Source: an uncultured virus (IMG/VR IMGVR_UViG_3300015264_000026) (Duplodnaviria; Heunggongvirae; Uroviricota; Caudoviricetes). Taken from it: DNA of 64,000 bases. Numbering within the stretch: the stretch's first letter is position 1; each line of letters starts with the position of its first letter. Under the pieces are notes generated by a model. It was not told the DNA's origin. It made no database searches and was given only the letters and a program-made list of their open reading frames with translations. Below are positions 8,513 to 17,143 of this stretch, piece after piece. Both the position numbers and the translations under genes were made by a program. The stretch lies in IMG/VR virus record IMGVR_UViG_3300015264_000026; one strand, 5' to 3'.

Positions 8513-9813
8513 GCGCGGAAACATTCCTTGATGGTCGCGTAACGATGCTTGTCGGTGATGTGCGAGCCATGCTCAAGACGTTGCCGGACGATCATTTTGA
8601 TTGCGTGGTAACGAGTCCGCCGTATTGGGGGTTGCGGGATTATGGTGTTGCTGGCCAACTAGGATTGGAGCCGACATTAGGCGAGCACATCGAAACCATG
8701 GTGGCGATTTTCGAGGAAGTAAAACGAGTTCTAAAGCCTACCGGGACGTTTTGGCTGAATTATGGGGATTGCTATGCGACGGCCCCAAATGGGCGTAGCG
8801 CGGCGGATACAAAATTGGCGGGGAATGACGACCGCACGTTCCGCGACAAGCCGCTCTCGACAATTGGCGGGACAATGAAGGCGAAGGATCTATGTATGAT
8901 CCCAAATCGCCTTGCAATTGCCTTGCAAGAGGCTGGTTGGTGGGTTCGTTCAGAGATTATCTGGGGGAAAACAAACCCGATGCCGGACAGTTCAGGCGCC
9001 TATCGCCCATCAACTGCGCATGAGAAAGTTTTCATGCTGACCAAGAGTAATGATGGCAACGTGTGGCGGGCGCGTGACACTGGTGAAATATCATTTCAAC
9101 CGGACCTTAATCAGCGTTGTGCGCTAATTACGGACAAGGACAGAGACGGAGCGCGATGGCTTAAAATGGGTGCTTATTATGATGCAGAAGCCGGGAAGCA
9201 GAATGGCCCCGCTGGGTTAACTGGAAACGAACACAATCGTCATTCTCTCGGCGAAGCCATTCCCGCAGCACAACGCAGGGCGCCGACAAAAGTGAAGATG
9301 CCCGACGGTTGGGATACCGGAGGTGGTGGCCATGGTTCGCGTCATCGTCGCGGACGCGAGTATGGGAAGATGATCGAGGTTACGCCACGGCACCAGGACC
9401 ATATCAACCATACTGGGTTAGATGAACTGGGGCGCGGAGGCGGTCGACTTCTTCGGAATTATGAGTCTGCGCCGCTCACTGTCTGGCCCATGGCTACACA
9501 ATCATTCAGCGAAGCGCATTTTGCGACGTTCCCGCCGGAATTGGCCGAACGCTGCATCAAGGCCGGATGTCCAGAAGGCGGGCATATACTTGATCCCTTC
9601 GGCGGTGCGGGCACCACGGCCCTTGTAGCGGCCACACTAGGCCGCACAGCAACCCTGATCGAACTCAACCCCGAATATGCCATCCTCGCCCGCGCTCGCA
9701 TAGAAGCCGCCTTCATGGGCCGGGATGAGGGCAAGAGACACATGGCGAAACAACTCGGGAGAGACGCCCTGCCATTTGAGCCAGGATCATTGTTTGATCT
9801 TCTCAACCCCTAA
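8509..9813 (+). CDS. DNA amino-methyltransferase (N4-C/N6-A, beta class)
   Basis: VTSPPYWGLRDY catalytic motif before HFATFPPELA...ILDPFGGAGTT SAM-binding motif. Confidence 0.93.
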   Translation: MSAETFLDGRVTMLVGDVRAMLKTLPDDHFDCVVTSPPYWGLRDYGVAGQLGLEPTLGEHIETMVAIFEEVKRVLKPTGTFWLNYGDCYATAPNGRSAADTKLAGNDDRTFRDKPLSTIGGTMKAKDLCMIPNRLAIALQEAGWWVRSEIIWGKTNPMPDSSGAYRPSTAHEKVFMLTKSNDGNVWRARDTGEISFQPDLNQRCALITDKDRDGARWLKMGAYYDAEAGKQNGPAGLTGNEHNRHSLGEAIPAAQRRAPTKVKMPDGWDTGGGGHGSRHRRGREYGKMIEVTPRHQDHINHTGLDELGRGGGRLLRNYESAPLTVWPMATQSFSEAHFATFPPELAERCIKAGCPEGGHILDPFGGAGTTALVAATLGRTATLIELNPEYAILARARIEAAFMGRDEGKRHMAKQLGRDALPFEPGSLFDLLNP

Positions 9814-9874
9814 CCGGAAGGATCAAGAAGATGGATGAGCAGGATCGGCAAAAGAGCATGCTGGATCTGGCGCT

Positions 9875-10204
9875 ATGAGGCGCGTTATTTTAGAATCCCC
9901 GTATGCAGGCAATTGGCTGCAACGATGGGCCAACATCAGATATGCCCGCAAATGTGTCAGGGACGCCATACAGCGGGGTGAAGCTCCGATTGCCTCGCAC
10001 CTGCTTTATACCCAGCGCGGCATCCTTGATGATACCAATCCCGCTGAGCGGCAGCTTGGCATCGACGCGGGGTTAGCTTGGAAGGCCGTCGCCGAGGCAT
10101 CCGTTGTCTATGCCGATCTCGGCATATCAAAGGGCATGGAGTACGGGATTGCGGCAGCGTCAAGGGCTGGGCTTCCAATCGAGTACCGCATCCTCAACCC
10201 CTAG
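9875..10204 (+). CDS. Small Rossmann-like phage protein (nucleoside deoxyribosyltransferase-like fold)
   Basis: VILESPYAG...GEAPIASHLLYTQ...GISKGMEYGI...GLPIEYR. Confidence 0.7.
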   Translation: MRRVILESPYAGNWLQRWANIRYARKCVRDAIQRGEAPIASHLLYTQRGILDDTNPAERQLGIDAGLAWKAVAEASVVYADLGISKGMEYGIAAASRAGLPIEYRILNP

Positions 10205-10258
10205 ACCGCTGAACACCACCACATACCGCCCATAGAAACCGAGCGAAACTCTAAGCTC

Positions 10259-10287
10259 TTGACGGTTTTATGAAGATGGGCCACAAA
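10259..10287 (+). promoter_or_regulatory. Putative sigma70 promoter TTGACG-17-CACAAA
   Basis: Immediately before the first hairpin of the non-coding block. Confidence 0.5.
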
Positions 10288-10291
10288 TGAT

Positions 10292-10733
10292 GAAGCCGCC
10301 CTCGTGGTGCTACGAGAGACGGCTTCGGTCCAGATAGGCTTTTGCGGGCAATCTGGAGTAACGCAACGGCATATATGGCTCATAACCGCCGTTTCGTCAA
10401 CCGACCAAGCCTGCGGCCCGGATTTAGTTCCGATTGAGCAAGCCTCCCAAAACAGCACCATCGGCCCGGCGGTTAGCGTCCGGGGACAAAGCGCGCGGCT
10501 CTTACCCCAGCGATGGGACCGTTCCGTCCGTGGGTGCTTGTGGACTAGCAGGGCATCCAAGAACCAAGGCAAGTTATGGCAATAGTATTTACCTTTCGCC
10601 GGGTGTCGTGGCGGGCCAGTCGAGTTGACCCTCGCTAAAAGGTACCTTGGGGATACGCGCCGTCTAGTTGGCTCAACCGCATGGCCCAGACCCAAGGAAG
10701 GGTAGGGAGGCCAGTCTTTGCGGAACGCGGACT
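10292..10733 (+). ncRNA. Candidate large structured non-coding RNA / replication origin region
   Basis: No credible ORF; at least seven stems, e.g. GAAGCCG/CGGCTTC, TCCAGAT/ATCTGGA, TACCTTT/AAAGGTA, CCTTGGG/CCCAAGG. Confidence 0.55.
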
Positions 10734-10748
10734 ATGGGAGAATTGAAA

Positions 10749-11003
10749 ATGGCTGTTATGGAACTAACGGACGATGAATTTGGTCTTGCTGCCGTATGGG
10801 CTAACAAGCTTCTAAGGGTGCAGGGTCCAACCGATTTTGGCTATATTTGCCTAGGAGCAGCAAGAAATCATACGCTGAGCCGAGAGCAGTTTAACGCCAT
10901 TAAGCGCACGATCGACGCTGGCATCCCCCACAAGGAAAGAACTCGCAAGAAAATCAACCAAGGCAAGAGCCGAAAACCAATCACTTTGCCTAAGGTTCTT
11001 TGA
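10749..11003 (+). CDS. Hypothetical protein
   Basis: RBS GGGAG, MAVMELTDDEF; overlaps dnaB start. Confidence 0.65.
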   Translation: MAVMELTDDEFGLAAVWANKLLRVQGPTDFGYICLGAARNHTLSREQFNAIKRTIDAGIPHKERTRKKINQGKSRKPITLPKVL

Positions 11004-12460
11004 TGATTGAGCCCCACTCAATCGCGATGGAGCAGCAACTCCTAGGCGCTTGCCTCATTAACAATCAGGTCTACGGCCTATGCGAATCAATCGTCTCGCC
11101 TGAAAGCTACTTCGAGCCTATCCACACCACGATTTGGCAGACCATGGGCCAGCTTATCACCCTTGGTAAGGTCGCCAGCCCAGTCACACTGCAAGCCTTC
11201 CTGCCAACCGGCATGAAAATCGGTACCATGACGCTAGGGCAATATCTTGCCCAATTGGCGGCCCAAAGCACAACAATCGTCAATTGCCGTGATTTTGCAA
11301 GAAACATCAGGGACTTATCAGATATACGTGCGCTTCGTAATGTCGGTAACGAAATATTGATCGCGCAAACTACCGATGCGGACGAATTGTCGACTTGGGC
11401 AATAGATCAGATCGACACCATCGCTAGCGCTAGATTTACGCAGGATAGCCCCTCTCTGACCTTGGCGGCCTCCGTGGTGCGTGCAGTTGATGCAGCTGCC
11501 AAGGCATATCAAAACGACGGGGCCGTTACAGGCATGTCCTACGGGCTCAGGGATTTGGACATCAAGACCGGCGGGCTGCATCGGGGGGAGCTGACATTGC
11601 TCGCCGGCAGGCCCGGAATGATGAAAACCGGGGTAGCCCTCAATTTCTGCCGCTCCCTCTGTTCCGAGCATATCGACGAACAAACTGGCGAAGTTCTCAA
11701 TCCCGGATACCGAGGAATATTTTTTAGTCTCGAAATGGGAGACATCCTGCTTTCGCAACGGCTGATGTCCGATATGATTTTCGGTCAGGCGCGTTCGCGT
11801 GAGGTGCCATACTCGCGGATCAGAAAGGGCGTCATCAGTGAGACTGAGTTCGGCTATCTTACCAGCGCTGGCCTCGCGCTCGCAAAACTTCCACTCCAGA
11901 TCGAACAGCAAGGCGGAATGAACTTGGCCCAGGTCGGGGCCAAGGCGAGACAGCAGAAGCGCAAAGGCGGACTGGATTTTATCATCGTCGACTACCTCCA
12001 ATTGATGGGGGTTGCTGATCGATATCGCGGCAACCGCGTCTCCGAAGTTTCGGAATTATCAAGCGGACTTTTGAAGTTGGCGAAAGATTTAGATGTTGCC
12101 ATGCTCGCGCTATGCCAGCTTAATCGAGGTGTCGAGAATCGCGAGGACAAACGGCCAAGCCTCGCAGATTTGCGCGAGTCAGGCTCGCTTGAACAAGACG
12201 CATCATTGGTCATCATGTTGTATCGCAAGGCTTATTATTTGCAGAACAAAGAGCCAAAGCCGGGCACGCCAGAATATGAACAATGGCAAACCGACATGAT
12301 CGAATGCTGGAACAAGCTCAACATTCAGATTGAGAAAAACAGGTCCGGTCCTGTCGGTATGGTGGAAGCTTACGTCAATCCAGCCGTGAACGCAGTGCGT
12401 GATTTGAACGCAGAATATCCCCAATCAATAGGAGATAACGATGGACTGGGATCGATTTGA
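11003..12460 (+). CDS. dnaB: DnaB-like replicative helicase
   Basis: EQQLLGACL N-domain; GRPGMMKT, FFSLEM, IIVDYLQLM, LCQLNRGVENREDKRPSLADLRESGSLEQDA, KNRSGP. Confidence 0.96.
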   Translation: MIEPHSIAMEQQLLGACLINNQVYGLCESIVSPESYFEPIHTTIWQTMGQLITLGKVASPVTLQAFLPTGMKIGTMTLGQYLAQLAAQSTTIVNCRDFARNIRDLSDIRALRNVGNEILIAQTTDADELSTWAIDQIDTIASARFTQDSPSLTLAASVVRAVDAAAKAYQNDGAVTGMSYGLRDLDIKTGGLHRGELTLLAGRPGMMKTGVALNFCRSLCSEHIDEQTGEVLNPGYRGIFFSLEMGDILLSQRLMSDMIFGQARSREVPYSRIRKGVISETEFGYLTSAGLALAKLPLQIEQQGGMNLAQVGAKARQQKRKGGLDFIIVDYLQLMGVADRYRGNRVSEVSELSSGLLKLAKDLDVAMLALCQLNRGVENREDKRPSLADLRESGSLEQDASLVIMLYRKAYYLQNKEPKPGTPEYEQWQTDMIECWNKLNIQIEKNRSGPVGMVEAYVNPAVNAVRDLNAEYPQSIGDNDGLGSI

Positions 12461-12614
12461 TGGTCAATTCCGAGAAACATTTGGCGAGACGCAGGATCGT
12501 TGGAGGGCGATTAAAGCCAAGCGGAAGGCCGAAGGCAAATGCTGGCAATGCGCGAAGGTAATTGCCGAATGTACTTGCCCAAACGTTCACCATCACGAAC
12601 GGAACGCCACATGA
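12441..12614 (+). CDS. Small zinc-binding protein (57 aa)
   Basis: RBS GGAG; MDWDRFDGQF...GKCWQCAKVIAECTCP; ATGA overlap with next gene. Confidence 0.65.
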   Translation: MDWDRFDGQFRETFGETQDRWRAIKAKRKAEGKCWQCAKVIAECTCPNVHHHERNAT

Positions 12615-13057
12615 CATCAGCTCAGCTATTCGACCTCCAATTGCCCGCACCACCAAAAGAAAAGAAGCTACCGGCAAAGATCGCATACACAGGCACATTC
12701 CTCGAATTCTGGAAACTCTATCCACCTCGTTTCAATTCAAGCAAATTTCTTGCATTCAAGGCATGGCGAAAGCTGGACGAAGACGAGCAACGGCAAGCGA
12801 TGGTAGCTGCACCAATCTACGCCAAGAGCGTGCGCGGCCAAGAGGAAAGATTCACCTATCACGCAGCGAGTTGGTTGAATGGGAAATATTTCGAGACGAT
12901 CGCCGCTCCCGTTGCGCCCTGTCAGACCATCAATATCGATTGGCCGCTCGTTCTGAGAATCTATGCCAAGACCAATAATTGGAATTTGGCCTATGGTCCA
13001 TCCCCATCCCAGCCTGGATGCAAGGTGCCGACAGAATTGCTGGAGAGGAAGCCATGA
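12611..13057 (+). CDS. Phage replication initiator C-terminal domain only
   Basis: FLEFWKLYPPR..SSKFLAFKAWRKL...HAASWLNGKYFE; no N-terminal origin-binding domain. Confidence 0.7.
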   Translation: MTSAQLFDLQLPAPPKEKKLPAKIAYTGTFLEFWKLYPPRFNSSKFLAFKAWRKLDEDEQRQAMVAAPIYAKSVRGQEERFTYHAASWLNGKYFETIAAPVAPCQTINIDWPLVLRIYAKTNNWNLAYGPSPSQPGCKVPTELLERKP

Positions 13058-13201
13058 GAAAGAACCCGCATCCGCTAATCGTGCAGCGCGCCAGCAAGAA
13101 GCGGCGAGATCAGAAAGACTAAGCTTTTGCGGCTGGTAACGCGGCTAAGGCTATCGCCATCCGACGTTGAGTAAAAATAATTCAGAAATCGTACAAATTC
13201 C

Positions 13202-13241
13202 GTCAATCAACCATTGACTAGCGGTTTGGGCCGTGTATGGT
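13202..13241 (+). promoter_or_regulatory. Operator GTCAATCAACCATTGAC (13202-13218) with promoter TTGACT-16-TATGGT
   Basis: Same palindrome; heads the small-gene cluster. Confidence 0.8.
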
Positions 13242-13267
13242 GAGGCTACCAGAACGGAGCAAATCAG

Positions 13268-13438
13268 ATGACCAAAGCCCAGATGTTCACCGCAGCCCAC
13301 AAGCAAGCCCGCATTGAGCATCGCCAGTACGGCGGCGCCTATCGCGATGCTTTCGGCAACGCATTGCGCGGTTTCCACATGGTTGTCGCTGGTTTCCGTG
13401 GCGTGCAGATTATCGAGCTGGCGCTGGTGTGGGCGTGA
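13268..13438 (+). CDS. Hypothetical protein (56 aa)
   Basis: RBS GGAG; MTKAQMFTAAHKQAR... Confidence 0.7.
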   Translation: MTKAQMFTAAHKQARIEHRQYGGAYRDAFGNALRGFHMVVAGFRGVQIIELALVWA

Positions 13439-13551
13439 CCAAGGAACAAGAAGATCGCATCGTTAGGAATATCAAATACGCTATGATCGTCGTGCTAATA
13501 CATATGTGGTCTATAGTGTTCGTTGTCGCGGCCTCTTGGCCACGCCGATGA
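13435..13551 (+). CDS. Small membrane peptide (38 aa)
   Basis: GTGA overlap; one hydrophobic segment. Confidence 0.45.
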   Translation: MTKEQEDRIVRNIKYAMIVVLIHMWSIVFVVAASWPRR

Positions 13552-13565
13552 TCTAATTTCCCTGC

Positions 13566-13690
13566 CCGCTTTACGCCCAGCTCCGAAAGGATACTGGGCT
13601 TAAGGCGGTACTAGCACACCAAGTGTCACTGAATAGCCAACTGGAGGCGACCATGAAAACCAGCCGGGAGAAAGCCCCGGCACTTCATGG
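13566..13690 (+). other. Two long GAAA-capped RNA hairpins
   Basis: CCGCTTTA-GCCCAG-TCC-GAAA-GGA-CTGGGC-TAAGGCGG and CCATGAA-GCCGGG-GAAA-CCCGGC-TTCATGG. Confidence 0.6.
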
Positions 13691-13710
13691 GATCAGAACG
13701 GGAGATAGAG

Positions 13711-13872
13711 ATGCAAGACATGATAGAGAAAATCGCTGAATGCATCTGGCAGAGCGAAGCCATTCGAGCCTCTGGCCAGCCACGCCGTGTGGATTGGTCC
13801 GATGTCTCCGATGAGGACCGCCGCAAATATCTGTTCACCGCAACCAATGTTTACTATCTTGTGAAGGCTTGA
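13711..13872 (+). CDS. Hypothetical protein
   Basis: RBS GGGAG; MQDMIEKIAECIW...W..VSDEDRRKY. Confidence 0.65.
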   Translation: MQDMIEKIAECIWQSEAIRASGQPRRVDWSDVSDEDRRKYLFTATNVYYLVKA

Positions 13873-13876
13873 TCCC

Positions 13877-14077
13877 ATGCCAGTTCATTGCTCAACCAGC
13901 CATCCCATCGTCATCGTCGGTAACGCCGACGACATCCGAGATCTGCTCTGCGGCCCGCCGCAAGCCGATGAGCATGTGAAGCTCTGGCGATGGGACTGCT
14001 ACCGTGCCGGCAACTATCACTATTGGCCGGAATTTTCCAACCGGATCATTTATGGGGAGAGGGAGCATCATGTCTAA
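13877..14077 (+). CDS. Hypothetical protein
   Basis: 66 aa ORF in tightly packed run. Confidence 0.55.
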   Translation: MPVHCSTSHPIVIVGNADDIRDLLCGPPQADEHVKLWRWDCYRAGNYHYWPEFSNRIIYGEREHHV

Positions 14078-14240
14078 TCGGCAGGCCGGAAAGTGGAATG
14101 AGCAGGAGAGGCAAGATGATTGTGACCACATCGCCATCGTTTCGATATCCGAAACCGAGTGTGGGTGCATGGATTGTATGCGCGTCTGGGATAAGAAGCC
14201 CGGCTTCCAGTCCGACTGGCCGCAATTCGATAGGGGTTGA
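14070..14240 (+). CDS. Small Cys-rich hypothetical protein
   Basis: RBS GAGGGAG; CDH...CGCMDC. Confidence 0.55.
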   Translation: MSNRQAGKWNEQERQDDCDHIAIVSISETECGCMDCMRVWDKKPGFQSDWPQFDRG

Positions 14241-14584
14241 GCATCATGGGTGAGCATACGCCGACGCCGTGGGCATACAGACCATATCGACATGACGATT
14301 GGGGGTGGATTCGCGCCACCATTAAAGTTGATGGGGTTTACCCGATAGCGGCAATTGCAAGGGGCTATAGCCGAGACTCATTTGATGAGCATCGCCGCAA
14401 TGGCACAGACCCATATAAAGCCAACGCCGCCCACATCGTCAAATGCGTAAACGCGCATGAGGAACTTGTTAATCTATTGGGCGAGTGCCTGAGAGACTAT
14501 AGTCACCGAAACTTCACCGACTGCAATGGAATGTCTGCCAGGATCAGTGACGTTCTTGCCGCCCTTGCATCGATCGGAGAATGA
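14237..14584 (+). CDS. Conserved phage early protein (HTPxPW...ANAxxI family)
   Basis: HTPTPWAY...ANAAHIVKCVNAHEELV. Confidence 0.75.
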   Translation: MSIMGEHTPTPWAYRPYRHDDWGWIRATIKVDGVYPIAAIARGYSRDSFDEHRRNGTDPYKANAAHIVKCVNAHEELVNLLGECLRDYSHRNFTDCNGMSARISDVLAALASIGE

Positions 14585-14871
14585 GTATGGCTAAAGTAAC
14601 CATCAACGTTAAGAGCTTGCCTGAGCGACATCCAATGTCTGAACCTTGGCTGGAATGGTTCCTGGTCGAAATGGCACCGGAAACCGCATGGGGCAAGACA
14701 ATTGATGTTCTTCTTTATGGTCCTAACATTGGCGTCAGGTCGGGTAGTCTCGGGAACAACGGCGGCAACAAGTACGCCAATATCGCCAGCTTACATGGAA
14801 ATGCAATCGATATCTGGGGAGTGACGCATTGGGCGAGGATCCCTGATAATTTACCGGAGCCGCCGAAATGA
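14581..14871 (+). CDS. DUF551-like phage protein
   Basis: W...EMAP...VTHWARIP..LPEPP. Confidence 0.65.
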   Translation: MSMAKVTINVKSLPERHPMSEPWLEWFLVEMAPETAWGKTIDVLLYGPNIGVRSGSLGNNGGNKYANIASLHGNAIDIWGVTHWARIPDNLPEPPK

Positions 14872-15083
14872 CCCCCAGCAACTTCATTCTGAGCCGCATC
14901 ATAGCGACCGCAGTCGCGAACGCAGAGCTTCACGCCATGCGCATATTGGGCTGTAGCGAGTTCGATGCATATACCAGCGCATTGCGTGTTCTGGAAGAGA
15001 CGATGGCGATTGCGGAGGGAGAGACGCCTGACATGGTTGAAACGAGGTTTCGAGCCTTAAAATCTGCTTTAGGGGAAGAATAA
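14868..15083 (+). CDS. Hypothetical protein
   Basis: ATGA-coupled ORF. Confidence 0.65.
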   Translation: MTPSNFILSRIIATAVANAELHAMRILGCSEFDAYTSALRVLEETMAIAEGETPDMVETRFRALKSALGEE

Positions 15084-15271
15084 TGACCCTGCGAATTATC
15101 ATACGGTCCAGCCTGAAATTGGAAGGCAGCAACCATCTTGATGTCACATATCGCACGATTGACTTTGAGGCGCCAGAGGTTGACGATTTTCTTCGTGGTG
15201 GCGGGATGAGCCCAGATTCGTTTCTGCTCCGCGAAGTGGTCGGTGTTGAAACGCTTCCGCAAACGAATTGA
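15083..15271 (+). CDS. Hypothetical protein
   Basis: TAATG-coupled ORF. Confidence 0.65.
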   Translation: MTLRIIIRSSLKLEGSNHLDVTYRTIDFEAPEVDDFLRGGGMSPDSFLLREVVGVETLPQTN

Positions 15272-15279
15272 ATAGACAC

Positions 15280-15447
15280 ATGCCTAAGAGCTTCCGCACC
15301 ATGACGCCCATGCAGAAAAAGGATGCGGTCATTGCGAACCTGCAGCGCGAGATCAGGAACCTTGAGCGACAGTTGCGGGAAGTCATCGCGGAGCGGGATG
15401 GGTTGGTACAAATGGCCAATAGATTCACAGAACAGAACGGAGACTGA
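15280..15447 (+). CDS. Small coiled-coil protein (55 aa)
   Basis: IANLQREIRNLERQLREVIAERD; fills the gap between neighbours. Confidence 0.6.
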   Translation: MPKSFRTMTPMQKKDAVIANLQREIRNLERQLREVIAERDGLVQMANRFTEQNGD

Positions 15448-15448
15448 C

Positions 15449-15754
15449 ATGCACGGACGTATAGGCGATTGGTGGAAGACGGAAGCGGACATATTCTCGT
15501 TGGAGGGGCTGATCTTGTGGCTGAAGAAGCAGCCGGAGGACAAAGTCTATTGCTATGATGACAATACAAAATGTCTTCAAGCACAATACTTCGCTGCCGT
15601 CGGCAAGCCAATTGCATGCTTGGGCAATATCTTGGTGACGTTTGAGGGCGAGTATAAGTCGCGTCGCATCCCGGAAACATTCCACGAAATAGCGGTGACA
15701 AGCCCATGGACCTTCGGTGCCGCCCTCGCCCGTGCCAGAGCGGTTCAACCATGA
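15449..15754 (+). CDS. Hypothetical protein
   Basis: RBS GGAG; FSLEGLILWLKKQP...CLQAQY...PWTFGAALARAR. Confidence 0.7.
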   Translation: MHGRIGDWWKTEADIFSLEGLILWLKKQPEDKVYCYDDNTKCLQAQYFAAVGKPIACLGNILVTFEGEYKSRRIPETFHEIAVTSPWTFGAALARARAVQP

Positions 15755-15769
15755 CCGCCAAGACCAGAG

Positions 15770-16027
15770 ATGAATGAGATGCGGATTTTTGCAGCTTATA
15801 TCTCGATGGGCATGTTGGGTTATTTCCTAGCATGGGGCCTCACACCTCGCGGCGGGGCGATTGTCTGCACGGAAAGCGGTAAAATGAATATTTCAATCGC
15901 GCATATCGAAGGCATGGACCCGAAGGTAGTTAGCGATCAGCTTTATTATCTTTGCGATTCTGCCACTATAGGATTTGGTTACAAGAACCCAAGATTTTTT
16001 CCGTTATCTGGACGGGCACGGCCATGA
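15770..16027 (+). CDS. Membrane-anchored hypothetical protein
   Basis: N-terminal hydrophobic segment. Confidence 0.55.
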   Translation: MNEMRIFAAYISMGMLGYFLAWGLTPRGGAIVCTESGKMNISIAHIEGMDPKVVSDQLYYLCDSATIGFGYKNPRFFPLSGRARP

Positions 16028-16155
16028 AATACGAATGGGGCACAAAGCAATCACGCGAAACCATCGGACTGATCAGCGTGGTGCTGGCCATGTCCGCATC
16101 CGTCGCCGTGCTTGGTCTCGGCAGCTATCTTAAGATCCTGGAGTATTTGAGATGA
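16024..16155 (+). CDS. Small membrane peptide
   Basis: ATGA overlaps, one TM segment. Confidence 0.55.
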   Translation: MKYEWGTKQSRETIGLISVVLAMSASVAVLGLGSYLKILEYLR

Positions 16156-16877
16156 CCAACCAAACCGAACGTGAAGCGCTGAAGCCATGCCCGTTCTGCG
16201 GCTATGATGCCATGATCAGCGGTAACCCGAAACACAAAGTTGAGCCTGCAATTAACGTGCATTGCAGTCATTGTGATGTAGAGGGCTGGTGGTTCTATGG
16301 AAAGGACTGCGCGGCTCGTGCCTATATGCACTGGAACACCCGCATCGTCCCGCCGGCAGCCGGGAGCGAGGCGCTGCGGACCATGGTCACGGTTACCGCG
16401 AAATATTTGGATGATTTAGAAAGCGAAATGCTTGCGGGTAACGCTGACACGCCATCGCAGGTAGCCGAGAAACTGCGCGCCGCCCTCTCCTCTGCACAGA
16501 GCGAGACCGGAGGGGAGGTTTCGGACCCACAACCTGAGACGGCCTCCAATGTGCGGGAGTTACAGATTCGCACTGATCTTCGTAGACTAGCTATCCAGCA
16601 GCATGAGCGGTTAGTGGCAGGCGGATGCTTCCAGAGAAGCGGCAAATCGTGTGCCGTCTGCCATGGCGAGTGGGACGATGGCAAGCCAGAGCTTCACGCT
16701 TTGACGTGCACCGCCGTTCCATTCCCGCCTACCGAATCCCAAACCAAGATTATCGACCCTATCGAAAGCGTTGGGCTCAAGGGCGCACAACAGCAAGCAA
16801 GGCATGATCATAAGTCGATGTTGTCCACCGAATCCCCCGCCGACCAAGGCCCGGATACTTTGGGAGAGCGGAAGTGA
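16152..16877 (+). CDS. Lar-family (restriction alleviation) zinc-finger protein with extra domains
   Basis: LKPCPFCG...VHCSHC...A..HWNTR; second CAVC...H...C cluster. Confidence 0.7.
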   Translation: MTNQTEREALKPCPFCGYDAMISGNPKHKVEPAINVHCSHCDVEGWWFYGKDCAARAYMHWNTRIVPPAAGSEALRTMVTVTAKYLDDLESEMLAGNADTPSQVAEKLRAALSSAQSETGGEVSDPQPETASNVRELQIRTDLRRLAIQQHERLVAGGCFQRSGKSCAVCHGEWDDGKPELHALTCTAVPFPPTESQTKIIDPIESVGLKGAQQQARHDHKSMLSTESPADQGPDTLGERK

Positions 16878-17119
16878 GCATAGAATGGATCAGGAGGAAC
16901 TACGGCGTTCCAGCGAAGTGCGGCGGTCGCGTCGAATACACAGGCGAGACCAAACCTCAGCTTGGAACGATCTGCGGCGCAAACGGAGGTCATCTCAGCA
17001 TTCGACTTGATGGTATTGGCCACACCATGCCGTTTCATCCGACATGGGAGCTTCGGTATCTCGACGATCCAGATCCCAAGTCTGTCCAACCGATTTCCGA
17101 CGACGACATCCCGTTCTAA
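16874..17119 (+). CDS. Conserved phage hypothetical protein
   Basis: IRRNYGVPAKCGGRVEY...GTI.G...FHPTWELRY; ends in DDDIPF. Confidence 0.75.
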   Translation: MSIEWIRRNYGVPAKCGGRVEYTGETKPQLGTICGANGGHLSIRLDGIGHTMPFHPTWELRYLDDPDPKSVQPISDDDIPF

Positions 17120-17143
17120 CACAGCAAGATAAGGGGTTTTGAG

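Noticed and set aside
9831..9878. 15-codon ORF MDEQDRQKSMLDLAL with RBS and ATGA overlap
   Set aside because: Too short to support; may be a deletion remnant or translational coupler.
10396..10412. GTCAACCGACCA, matching the first 10 nt of the operator
   Set aside because: Lacks the TTGAC half; at most a half-site, so not counted among the seven.
10304..10585. 93-aa ORF, and the antisense 164-aa ORF 10201-10695, in the non-coding block
   Set aside because: No RBS, no recognisable motifs, not coupled to neighbours; the region is better explained by RNA stems.
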